DNA from: Thermoanaerobaculia bacterium
Lineage (GTDB): Bacteria; Acidobacteriota; Thermoanaerobaculia; Multivoradales; UBA5704
Reading direction: 5' to 3'
Assembly: GCA_046714475.1 (NCBI GenBank)
Contig: JBKKAU010000228.1
Coordinates: forward strand, 1 to 48,119
Length of the DNA: 48,119 nt
In this document: piece by piece, positions 27,054 to 35,202 of the stretch
Layout of the letters: each line of letters opens with the position of its first letter
Numbering within the stretch: position 1 is the first letter of the stretch
Translations under genes and position numbers: made by a program
Notes under the pieces: model-generated
Seen by the model: the letters and a program-made list of their open reading frames with translations, nothing else
The model's database searches: none
Told to the model about the DNA's origin: nothing

Positions 27054-27898
27054 CCAGAGCCCCAGGCATAACCCGTGAGGATCGCCACGGCGACGTGGAC
27101 GATCATGAAAAGGTACATCACCACCGCGAACGGTTTGTGGAACACGTGCCAGTAGTGGAAGACCTGCTGCAGCCGGTCCCAGAGCAGCAGCCGGCGCCGG
27201 AGCACGGCCCTCTGGCGCGCCGTCCGGGCGAGCTCGCGGCCGAAGCCGCGGCGGAAGGCGCGGAGGCGCCAGCGCAGGCGTAGCCCTTCGACTGGAAGGC
27301 GGCAGAGCAGCGCGAGGAGGCCGATGTCCGGCGAGAGACCGCCCTCGGCGACCGCGTCCAGCTCGCGGAGGGTCTCTTCGGAGACCCCGAGCTCCTCGCG
27401 CAGCCGGCGGCCCGTCTCGCGGCTCAGCTCCTCGGCCTCGGCGAGGCTCAACTGGTCGCCGGACCGCGCGCGGGGGATCTGTAGATAGAGGTAGCGGCCG
27501 AGAACCCCGGAGAGGGCGACCGCGATCATCGACCAGAAGCTCAGCGCCACCAGCCCCTGCACCTTGAACGAGCTGTGGAGGATCACGAGCAGTGGGCCGA
27601 TGATGCCGCAGAAGATGTGGAAGTCGAGCCACGAGCGGAGCTTGCCCAGGCGTCGCAGCGGCTTCGCCCGCTTGCGGACCGAGTAGAGGAGCATGAGGAC
27701 CATGAGCGACGCTCCGATCACGCCGAAGGCGTGCCCATACGAGCCGCCCGGCTTGAGTTCCCAGAAATCCTCGTGATGCGGCCGCTCGACCAGCGGCGTC
27801 CCGTAATACGACCGTCCCTCCAGGGCGAAATGGAGGATCGCCGCGAGCGCGGCGGCGTAGAGCAGGCAGAGGACGGTCTTGCGGATGGCGCCATCCAT
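27050..27898 (-). CDS. Polytopic inner-membrane protein with two H-x13-H helices (putative dihaem b-type cytochrome)
   Basis: Start at MDGAIRK (27898), 282 aa, about 5 TM segments. FHIFCGIIGPLLVILH (H94/H108) and FHKPFAVVMYLFMIVH (H254/H268) each space two His 14 residues apart. A long Arg-rich amphipathic insert sits between TM4 and TM5. Confidence 0.6.
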   Translation of the reverse strand: MDGAIRKTVLCLLYAAALAAILHFALEGRSYYGTPLVERPHHEDFWELKPGGSYGHAFGVIGASLMVLMLLYSVRKRAKPLRRLGKLRSWLDFHIFCGIIGPLLVILHSSFKVQGLVALSFWSMIAVALSGVLGRYLYLQIPRARSGDQLSLAEAEELSRETGRRLREELGVSEETLRELDAVAEGGLSPDIGLLALLCRLPVEGLRLRWRLRAFRRGFGRELARTARQRAVLRRRLLLWDRLQQVFHYWHVFHKPFAVVMYLFMIVHVAVAILTGYAWGSG

Positions 27899-27958
27899 AC
27901 AGGTCTTCGACAGCGCGGAGGGTGGCGCCGGAACAGGAGGTCTGATAGGAATGACGGC

Positions 27959-28765
27959 GTGGTTCGTACCGGAATCACTTTGGCCGTAGCGGCCGGGATC
28001 GCCCTCTTCGTGCTCGACAACTTCGCCCGTCAGGCCCTCTATCCCGCTCCGTCGGTGGCGGTCCCTTCGCCGCCGCCTTCCAGCCTGGAGGAGGTCCGGC
28101 TCGACCTGTCCACCGGCGAGAAGGCGGCGGGGTGGGCCCATGCCGGCTCCTCGCTGCCGCCGGAGGCCCCGGTCGTGGTGTTCTTCCACGGTAATGGCGA
28201 GAACCTGCAGACGATGGCCTGGGCGGGGCTCTACGAGGATCTCAACGGCCTGGGGATCGCCTTCCTCGCGGTCGACTATCCTGGCTACGGCCGCAGCTCG
28301 GGCTCACCTTCAGAGGAGGGGCTGATAGCCACCGGCGAGGCCGCCGTCGCCTGGGCGCGCCAGCGGCACCCGGACCGGCCGCTGGTCCTCTGCGGCTGGT
28401 CACTGGGCGCCGCGGTCGCGATCGCCACCGCCGCTCGCCATCCGCAGGAGGTCCGCGGGCTCATCGCCCTCTCCCCCTGGACCACCCTGGAGGAGGTCGC
28501 CCGGCTCATCTTCCCCGGCTTCCTGGTCAAGGCGATGCTGCGGGAGACCTACGACTCCCTCGCGATGGCGAAGCAGGTCCGTGTCCCCTCCCTGGTGATC
28601 CATGGCGAGCTCGACGACCTCATCCCCGCCTCCCAGGGAAAACAGATCGCCGAAGCGCTCGGCGGGCCGACCCGCTGGGTGGCGGTCCCCGGCACCGGTC
28701 ACAACGACCTGTTCGCGCAACGCCAGGTCTGGAAGGAGTTGGCCGAGTTCCTGAAGAGCTTTTGA
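27959..28765 (+). CDS. Alpha/beta hydrolase (serine hydrolase)
   Basis: VVVFFHGNGEN, nucleophile elbow GWSLGAA and a late GTGHND His. GTG 27959 is the first start in frame after the antisense overlap, and TTG 27977 is an alternative. N-terminal hydrophobic anchor ITLAVAAGIALFVL. Confidence 0.75.
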   Translation: MVRTGITLAVAAGIALFVLDNFARQALYPAPSVAVPSPPPSSLEEVRLDLSTGEKAAGWAHAGSSLPPEAPVVVFFHGNGENLQTMAWAGLYEDLNGLGIAFLAVDYPGYGRSSGSPSEEGLIATGEAAVAWARQRHPDRPLVLCGWSLGAAVAIATAARHPQEVRGLIALSPWTTLEEVARLIFPGFLVKAMLRETYDSLAMAKQVRVPSLVIHGELDDLIPASQGKQIAEALGGPTRWVAVPGTGHNDLFAQRQVWKELAEFLKSF

Positions 28766-28776
28766 ATCAGCCGACC

Positions 28777-29574
28777 TCAGCCAGGGCTCTGCTGCCAGAA
28801 GAGGATCGCCGTCACCAGCAGGCCGATCACGATCACCGCGGCCCGGGCCTTCTTCTGGCCGATGCGCCTGGCGAAGCGGGCGCCGCCGTAGCCCCCCGCG
28901 ATCGCGCCCACCGCCAGCACCAGGGCCGCCGGCCAGTCCACCGCCCCGCGGTAGATGAACCAGGCCGCCGCCACGCTGTTGATGCACAGGTTGAAGAAGA
29001 CCTTGAGGCCGTTCATGGCGTGGATGTTCGAGAGCCCGAGGAAGCCGAGCAGGGCGAGCATCAGGATGCCGATCCCCGCCCCGAAGTAGCCGCCGTAGAT
29101 CGCGACGAGGAATTGCAGCAGGGAGGCAGCGATAAGCCGGCCGCGGGAGAGCTGGGAGAGGTCGGGGACGCCGTCTGTTCCCGGATCTTTCCGGGCGGCG
29201 GAGCGGCGGGCGACGGCGCCCTGGAGCATGAAGAGCAAGGTCGCGAACAGGATGAGCTGCGGCGCGAGCCAGGCGAAGACTTTCTCTGGGGTGCGCAGAA
29301 GCAGGACCGAGCCGAGCGCTCCGCCCAGGAGGCTGGGCAGGAACAGGGTCTTGAGCCACCCCCGGTGGGCGGCGACCTCTTTCCGGTAGCCGGCCATGCC
29401 GGCGACCACCCCGGGCAGCAGCGCCACCGTCGAGGTCGCGTTGGCGGTAATGGCCGACTGGCCGAGGAAGAGAAGGGTGGGGAAGGTGAGGATCGTGCCG
29501 CCCCCGGCCATGGAGTTCATGATCCCCGCTCCCAGGGCGGAGGCGGCGAGTGCGAAAATTTCTGTGGGTGTCAT
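28777..29574 (-). CDS. TauE/SafE (TSUP) family anion exporter
   Basis: 265 aa from MTPTEIFALAASALGAGIMNSMAGGGTILTFPTLL. It has the duplicated 4-TM TSUP layout with GGYFGAGIGILML in the second half. Confidence 0.85.
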   Translation of the reverse strand: MTPTEIFALAASALGAGIMNSMAGGGTILTFPTLLFLGQSAITANATSTVALLPGVVAGMAGYRKEVAAHRGWLKTLFLPSLLGGALGSVLLLRTPEKVFAWLAPQLILFATLLFMLQGAVARRSAARKDPGTDGVPDLSQLSRGRLIAASLLQFLVAIYGGYFGAGIGILMLALLGFLGLSNIHAMNGLKVFFNLCINSVAAAWFIYRGAVDWPAALVLAVGAIAGGYGGARFARRIGQKKARAAVIVIGLLVTAILFWQQSPG

Positions 29575-29634
29575 GGCGTAGGGTCCATGGCGAGGGGCGA
29601 TTCTACAGGGTTGATATACTTCGCGCCCGCCTCC

Positions 29635-31881
29635 ATGAACCGCCGTAGCCCCCTCTTGCGCATCCGTCCCTGGCGGCATCTCCTGGCGCTCGCCGGCTGC
29701 GTCTTGATGGCCGCCTGCGAGAAGGACCCCCGGGACTACGAACCGTTCTACGACCTGATCGAGAAGCTTCCGTTGGCCGAGGTCCGGCGCGAGCCGGAGC
29801 TGGTCGACCTGGGCTCCCCGGCCGTCCGGCCCTCGCTGCGCGGCGGCTGGTCCTGGGACGAGACCGGGATGGACGGCAAGACGTTCGTCTGGAGCGACGG
29901 CGCGAAGTCGGCGCTGGACTTCTTCCTCACCGAGCCGCGTGACGTGACGGTCCTGTTCCGGGGAGCCCCGTACTTCTTCCTCGACGAGCCGGCGCAGGAG
30001 GTCACCTTCGTCGTCAACGGCGGCGAGGCGGGCACGGTGGCCATGAAGCGGGGATTCCACGAGTACTCGATCGTCCTGCCGGAACGGGTCCTGAAAGCCG
30101 GGGACAACCGGCTGGTCCTGCGCTACGGCTATACCCGCAGGCCGCGCGACGTATCGGCCGGCATGCACCCGGACACGCGGCGGCTCGGGGTCCACTGGGA
30201 CTGGCTCCGCTTCGGCACCGGCGTCGACCCGGAGTCCGACATCCGCGTGGCGGGCAACCAGCTCTTCATCCCTTACGGTGTACGGATCGACTTCCACACC
30301 CGCTTTCCGGCCGCGGGCGCGCTTACCTTCGAGCGGCTGCTGGACCGGGGGATCGGAGAGGGGAGGCTCCAGGTCGGCCTGCAACCCGAGGGGGAAGAGG
30401 GCGACATCCTGGACCCGATCCCGGAGCGGCAGGCGCCGGCGGCGATCGGTCTGCCGGTCGAGGCGGGGAGGGTGGTGCGCGTCTCGCTCGCCGCGGTCCC
30501 GGGAAAGCGGCCGGTCGGCTCGGCGAGCGGCGTTTTGTTGTCGCGGCCCGCCTTCGCCTCCCAGGGAGTTGCACCGTCCGCTTCTGGAAATGCGGCGGAG
30601 GCCGACGCGCGGAAGCCGGCGCGGCCGTTGAACGTCGTCCTCTATATGGTCGACACCTTGCGGGCCGACCACCTGGGCTGCTATGGGTATGACAGGCCCG
30701 TCTCGCCGCACCTCGACGCCTTTGCCCGCGAGGCGGTGCTGTTCGAGAACGCCATCGCCCAATCCCCCTGGACCCGGCCCTCGGTCGCCTCGATGCTCAC
30801 CGGGCTCTGGCCGAAGACCCACGGGGTCAACGGCCGCAACGACGCCCTCTCGCCCGAGGCGTTGACGCTCCCCGAGATGCTGGCAAGCCGCGGCTACCGC
30901 AGCGCGGGAGTCACCACCAACGGCAACGTCGCCAAGGCGTTCGGCTTCGCGCAGGGGTTCGACGTCTACGAGATGCCGGCCAAGCAGGACTCGGCCCACG
31001 TCAACGACCTGGCCCGCGCCTGGCTGGACGCCAACGCCGGCCATCCGTTCTTCCTTTACCTCCATACGGTCGATCCCCATTCGCCGTACAAGCCGTCGCC
31101 GGAGTACCGGCGGCGCTTCGCCGCTGGAGTCCCCCAGGACGGCACCGGCACGGGGAAGTGGCTGCGGCGCCTGCACGCGAGGAAGACGCCGGTCACGCCC
31201 GAGCTCCTGGAGCACCTGGGCGCCCTCTACGACGCCGAGATCGCCGGCAACGACGCGAGCTTCGGCGCCCTGATCGCGGACTTGAAGCGCCGCGGGTTGT
31301 GGGACGAGACCATCGTGATCTTCGTCTCCGATCACGGCGAGGAGTTTCATGACCATGGCGGTTGGGAACACGGCAAGACGCTGTATGCCGAGATGCTCCA
31401 CGTGCCGTTGCTGATCCGCGTTCCCGGGAGGGGAGGGGGACGGCGCGCGTCGTCCGTCGCGCAGCACATCGATCTGGTCCCTACCCTTCTTTCCACTCTG
31501 GGGCTCCCCCTGCCGGGGTATCTCGAAGGCCGCGATCTGCTGCCGCTTTTCCACGAGGACACGGCGGAGACGGCGGGGACGGAGGAGCGTCCGGTGTACT
31601 CCTACATGGACGTCGACGGTCACCGCGGCGCCTCCGCGGTCACGCTGGACCGGCACCTGATCGACGTACGCGGTCCGGCCCCCTCGACCCACCTCTATGA
31701 CCGAGAGCGCGACCCTAAGCAGCGCGACAACCGGGCGTCGAAGAACCCCGTCGGCTTCGGGTACCTGCGGGCGCTGCTCAAAGCCCGCGAGCTCGAAGAG
31801 AGGCGGACTCTGAAGCCGGGCGAGGGCGTCGTCGACGAGGCCCTGCGCGAGCAGCTCCGCGCGCTGGGTTACATCAACTAG
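29635..31881 (+). CDS. Lipoprotein with an N-terminal unknown domain and a C-terminal sulfatase-like (alkaline-phosphatase superfamily) domain
   Basis: MNRRSPLLRIRPWRHLLALAGCVLMAAC is a lipobox-type signal. The sulfatase-fold blocks are NVVLYMVDTLRADHLGCYGY, SPWTRPSVASMLTG and FVSDHGEEFHDHGGWEHGKT. Confidence 0.8.
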   Translation: MNRRSPLLRIRPWRHLLALAGCVLMAACEKDPRDYEPFYDLIEKLPLAEVRREPELVDLGSPAVRPSLRGGWSWDETGMDGKTFVWSDGAKSALDFFLTEPRDVTVLFRGAPYFFLDEPAQEVTFVVNGGEAGTVAMKRGFHEYSIVLPERVLKAGDNRLVLRYGYTRRPRDVSAGMHPDTRRLGVHWDWLRFGTGVDPESDIRVAGNQLFIPYGVRIDFHTRFPAAGALTFERLLDRGIGEGRLQVGLQPEGEEGDILDPIPERQAPAAIGLPVEAGRVVRVSLAAVPGKRPVGSASGVLLSRPAFASQGVAPSASGNAAEADARKPARPLNVVLYMVDTLRADHLGCYGYDRPVSPHLDAFAREAVLFENAIAQSPWTRPSVASMLTGLWPKTHGVNGRNDALSPEALTLPEMLASRGYRSAGVTTNGNVAKAFGFAQGFDVYEMPAKQDSAHVNDLARAWLDANAGHPFFLYLHTVDPHSPYKPSPEYRRRFAAGVPQDGTGTGKWLRRLHARKTPVTPELLEHLGALYDAEIAGNDASFGALIADLKRRGLWDETIVIFVSDHGEEFHDHGGWEHGKTLYAEMLHVPLLIRVPGRGGGRRASSVAQHIDLVPTLLSTLGLPLPGYLEGRDLLPLFHEDTAETAGTEERPVYSYMDVDGHRGASAVTLDRHLIDVRGPAPSTHLYDRERDPKQRDNRASKNPVGFGYLRALLKARELEERRTLKPGEGVVDEALREQLRALGYIN

Positions 31882-32073
31882 AGCCTTTCAAGTGGCATTC
31901 CCTGTGCATATTGCAGCGTCAGCGAGAGTGGGGAGTCCGGCGGTTTATCTTCCTTGTCGTGCAACGGACCGGGGGAGTGGGTGAGAGCGACAGCTGTGGT
32001 CTGGATAGCCAATGGGAGACCCTCGAGGTGAGGAGAGGAGGGGTGTGGGTCTCCGTGACAAGGAGACAGCTTC

Positions 32074-33741
32074 ATGGCCCTTCTGCTCAAGGCAGAGCAC
32101 CTCAAGCGTTACAAAGACGTCGCCCGTCTGCTGCTCCAGCATGGGCGCGGCGATCTGGTCAAAGCGGCAAACCTCGCCCCGGAGCTGCCGCCTGAAGAGA
32201 CCCCCGAAGCGGGAGGCGACCCGGAGAAGCTCGCGCGGGACCTCGAAGCGTTGGGACCCACCTATATCAAGCTCGGGCAGCTCCTCTCGACCCGTTCGGA
32301 CCTCCTGCCGCCCTCGTACATCGAAGCGCTGGCCCGTCTGCAGGACCGGGTGGAGCCCTTCTCGTTCGCCGAAGTCGAGCAGATCGTGTCGACCGAGCTC
32401 GGCGTACGGCTGTCCAAGGCCTTCCTGGAGTTCGACCACGAGCCGATCGCCGCGGCCTCCCTGGGCCAGGTCCATCGTGCCCTGCTGCGCGACGGGCGTG
32501 CGGTTGCCGTCAAGGTCCAGCGCCCCGGCATCCAGCAGGTGATCCTGCAGGACCTGGAGAGCTTCGAGGAGATGGTGGGGTTCATCGACCGGCACACCGA
32601 GATGGGCCGCAAGTTCGCGATCCGCGACATGCTGGAGGAGTTCCGCAAGACGCTGCTGCGCGAGCTCGACTACCGGCGCGAGGCGCTCAACCTCACCACC
32701 CTGGGAGCCAACCTCCGGGAGTATCGACGGATCGTCGTGCCGCAGCCGGTCGACGACTATACGACCGCGCGGGTGCTCACCATGGACTACGTGCGGGGCA
32801 CCAAGATCACCGACCTGTCGCCGCTCGCGCGCCTTGACCTCGACTCGCGCAACCTGTCCGAGGACCTCTGCCGCGCCTATCTCGATCAGATCCTGGTGGA
32901 CGGCTTCTTCCACGCCGATCCGCACCCCGGCAATCTCCTGGTGACCGACGATGGACGGCTGGCCTTGCTCGACCTGGGGATGGTCGCCCGCATCGATCCG
33001 CGCATGCGGGAGCAGCTTCTGAAGCTGCTGCTCGCGATCACCGATGGCCGCGGCCAGGAGGTCGCCCAGATCACGATGCAGATCGGTACCCGGCTGGAGG
33101 AGCTCGACGAGGACCGCTACCGGCGCGAGGTCGCCGACCTCGTGGGCAGCTACCAGGACGCGACGTCCGAGCAGATCCAGGTCGGCAGGATCCTGCTCGG
33201 GCTGTCCCGGCAGGCGGCCGAGAACGGCGTGCGGCCGGCGTCCGAGCTGACCATGCTCGGCCGGGCGCTGCTCTGCCTCGACGAGACCGCCCGCGCCCTC
33301 GACCCGGAGCTCGACCCGACCGCCACGGTGCGCCGGCACAGCCACTCGATCATGAGCAAGCACATGTTCCAGAAGCTGTCGCCGGGACGCCTGTTCTCCT
33401 CGACGCTGGAGATGTACGACCTGGTGCAGCAGTTCCCGCAACAGGTGAACGCCGTGCTCGAAACGCTCGCCACCAACAAGCTCCAGGTCAAGGTCGACGC
33501 CTTCGACGAGAGCCGCCTGATGGACAACCTGCAGAAGATCGCCAACCGCATCGCGCTCGGGCTGGTGCTGGCGGCGCTGATCGTGGGCGCGGCGCTGATG
33601 ATGCAGGTCCGGACCTCGTTCACCCTGTTCGGCTATCCCGGGTTGGCGATGGTGCTCTTCCTGCTGGCCGCGGCCTGCGGCTTCCTCCTGGTCCTGAGCG
33701 TCTTCTACAACGACGATTGGAGGATCTGGCGGAAGCGGTAA
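32074..33741 (+). CDS. ABC1/UbiB-family atypical kinase
   Basis: 555 aa. LGPTYIKLGQLLSTRSDLLPPSYIEAL..LQD, AAASLGQVHRA, VAVKVQRPG, HADPHPGNLLV and two C-terminal TM helices. Confidence 0.85.
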   Translation: MALLLKAEHLKRYKDVARLLLQHGRGDLVKAANLAPELPPEETPEAGGDPEKLARDLEALGPTYIKLGQLLSTRSDLLPPSYIEALARLQDRVEPFSFAEVEQIVSTELGVRLSKAFLEFDHEPIAAASLGQVHRALLRDGRAVAVKVQRPGIQQVILQDLESFEEMVGFIDRHTEMGRKFAIRDMLEEFRKTLLRELDYRREALNLTTLGANLREYRRIVVPQPVDDYTTARVLTMDYVRGTKITDLSPLARLDLDSRNLSEDLCRAYLDQILVDGFFHADPHPGNLLVTDDGRLALLDLGMVARIDPRMREQLLKLLLAITDGRGQEVAQITMQIGTRLEELDEDRYRREVADLVGSYQDATSEQIQVGRILLGLSRQAAENGVRPASELTMLGRALLCLDETARALDPELDPTATVRRHSHSIMSKHMFQKLSPGRLFSSTLEMYDLVQQFPQQVNAVLETLATNKLQVKVDAFDESRLMDNLQKIANRIALGLVLAALIVGAALMMQVRTSFTLFGYPGLAMVLFLLAAACGFLLVLSVFYNDDWRIWRKR

Positions 33742-33767
33742 GATCCGCGCCCGCCTGAGAAGGGGCC

Positions 33768-34673
33768 TCACTCCACCGCGCGCGGCGGCGACTGGAGCCA
33801 GACGACGCCCACAACGCCGCCCAGGGTGAGAAGGCTGCCGAAGACCTGGAGCGGAGACAGCCGGTCGCCGAGGAAGAGGACGCCGAAGAGCAGGGTGAGG
33901 ACCACCGTGAGCTGGGCGATCACCCCGGCCTGCAGGTTGGTCACCCAGCGGTAGGAGTAGGTCATGAGGAGCTGGGCGATCACCGACATGAGGCCGACCA
34001 CTCCGAGCAGCAGCCATTGGGGGATCGTCGGCGCCCTGAACCCGGAGAGCCCGAAAGGCGCGGCGGCGAGCAGTCCGAAGAGGGTGAAGCTGCCATAGAT
34101 CGCCCACGACCCCTCGGTGCGGCGGGCGGCGCGGATGGCCGCGACCGCGGCCCCCGAAAGCACAGAGGAGGCCAGCCCCACGGCCTCCCAGAGCCCGAAG
34201 CGCAACGGCCCTCCCAGCCCCGCTCCGCCCCCGGCGGCCAGAGCCATACCGGCGAGGGCGGCGGCGAGCGGGACGAGCAGCCTCCGGTCGGCGCGCTCCC
34301 CGAGGAAGAACGAGGCAAAGGTGACGCTGAAGATGGGCGCGGAGTAGTTGAGCAGAGTCGCGATCCCCACCGGGATGTGCGCGAGCGCCAGGAAGTAGAG
34401 GAGCACGGCCGTTCCTCCGAAGACGCCCCGGTAGAACAGCAGGTCCAGCCGCTGGAAGGTTAACGCCTGCCGCGCCACCCCCGGTATGAGTAGGAGCGGC
34501 AGCAGCATGACCGCGAAACGGAGGAAGGCGATCTGGTCTCCGGAGAGCCCTTCCGCGGCGAGCTTCGCCGCCAGCGCCATGACAGCGAAGCAGACGGAGG
34601 AGAGGGCCATGAGGAGGAGCGGATGGCGCGGCACCGCCGGATCATGTCGCAACGGCCGCTCTGAGGGGAACAC
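33768..34673 (-). CDS. DMT superfamily (EamA-like) transporter
   Basis: 301 aa with about 10 hydrophobic segments in two EamA-like halves. The start could be an internal Met. Confidence 0.75.
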   Translation of the reverse strand: MFPSERPLRHDPAVPRHPLLLMALSSVCFAVMALAAKLAAEGLSGDQIAFLRFAVMLLPLLLIPGVARQALTFQRLDLLFYRGVFGGTAVLLYFLALAHIPVGIATLLNYSAPIFSVTFASFFLGERADRRLLVPLAAALAGMALAAGGGAGLGGPLRFGLWEAVGLASSVLSGAAVAAIRAARRTEGSWAIYGSFTLFGLLAAAPFGLSGFRAPTIPQWLLLGVVGLMSVIAQLLMTYSYRWVTNLQAGVIAQLTVVLTLLFGVLFLGDRLSPLQVFGSLLTLGGVVGVVWLQSPPRAVE

Positions 34674-34705
34674 GGCCGGCCCGCAGCGAACGATCCACCA
34701 GATGG

Positions 34706-35191
34706 TTACCGGTCCGTCGCCCGCGTGAGCCTCGCGTCGATCTCCCGGGCCGAGTCCGCGACCGGCACCAGCTCACGGCCGGCGTTGCGGACCTGGACCA
34801 CTACGTTGCCACGGGCGAAGAGCAGCATGTGCTCTCCCTGGCCAAAGCTGACGTCACCTACGCTTCCTGGGCCGGTGACCCTCTCCACCAAGGGAGACTC
34901 GAACTGGTCCAGCAGCGTCAGCAGGAGCTCCCGGGCGGCGGCCGTGGAGGCGCACTCCCAGATCTCCACGGAGAGGGCCTCGTCCTTTCCCCGGGTCCAG
35001 ATCGACTGGGTCATGGGCGGGAGACCCTCCTGCCGTAAGACGTCGGCGTGATCGAGCCGCCATTGCGGCAGCAGATCCTCCGTGACGCGTAGGCTGCCCT
35101 GCGATGTGCCGGCGCCCTGCCCCTCGGCCGCTCCCGACCACTCGTCATAGCGATGCCGCTTCTTCAACCGTTCCAGACGTTCCGCGTTCAT
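34706..35191 (-). CDS. Hypothetical cytoplasmic protein (161 aa), downstream partner of the 414-aa protein
   Basis: 11-nt gap after the 35203 stop. Protein-like composition with no TM or signal. No family recognised. Confidence 0.45.
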   Translation of the reverse strand: MNAERLERLKKRHRYDEWSGAAEGQGAGTSQGSLRVTEDLLPQWRLDHADVLRQEGLPPMTQSIWTRGKDEALSVEIWECASTAAARELLLTLLDQFESPLVERVTGPGSVGDVSFGQGEHMLLFARGNVVVQVRNAGRELVPVADSAREIDARLTRATDR

Positions 35192-35202
35192 GGCAGGCTC
35201 CT

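Noticed and set aside
27054-28189. N-terminal extensions of the 23-haem ORF (to 27632) and of the membrane-protein ORF (to 28189)
   Set aside because: The extensions are Arg/Pro-rich, would bury the signal peptide or first TM helix internally, and overlap neighbouring genes. Internal ATGs at 27053 and 27898 give proper N-termini and ATGA coupling.
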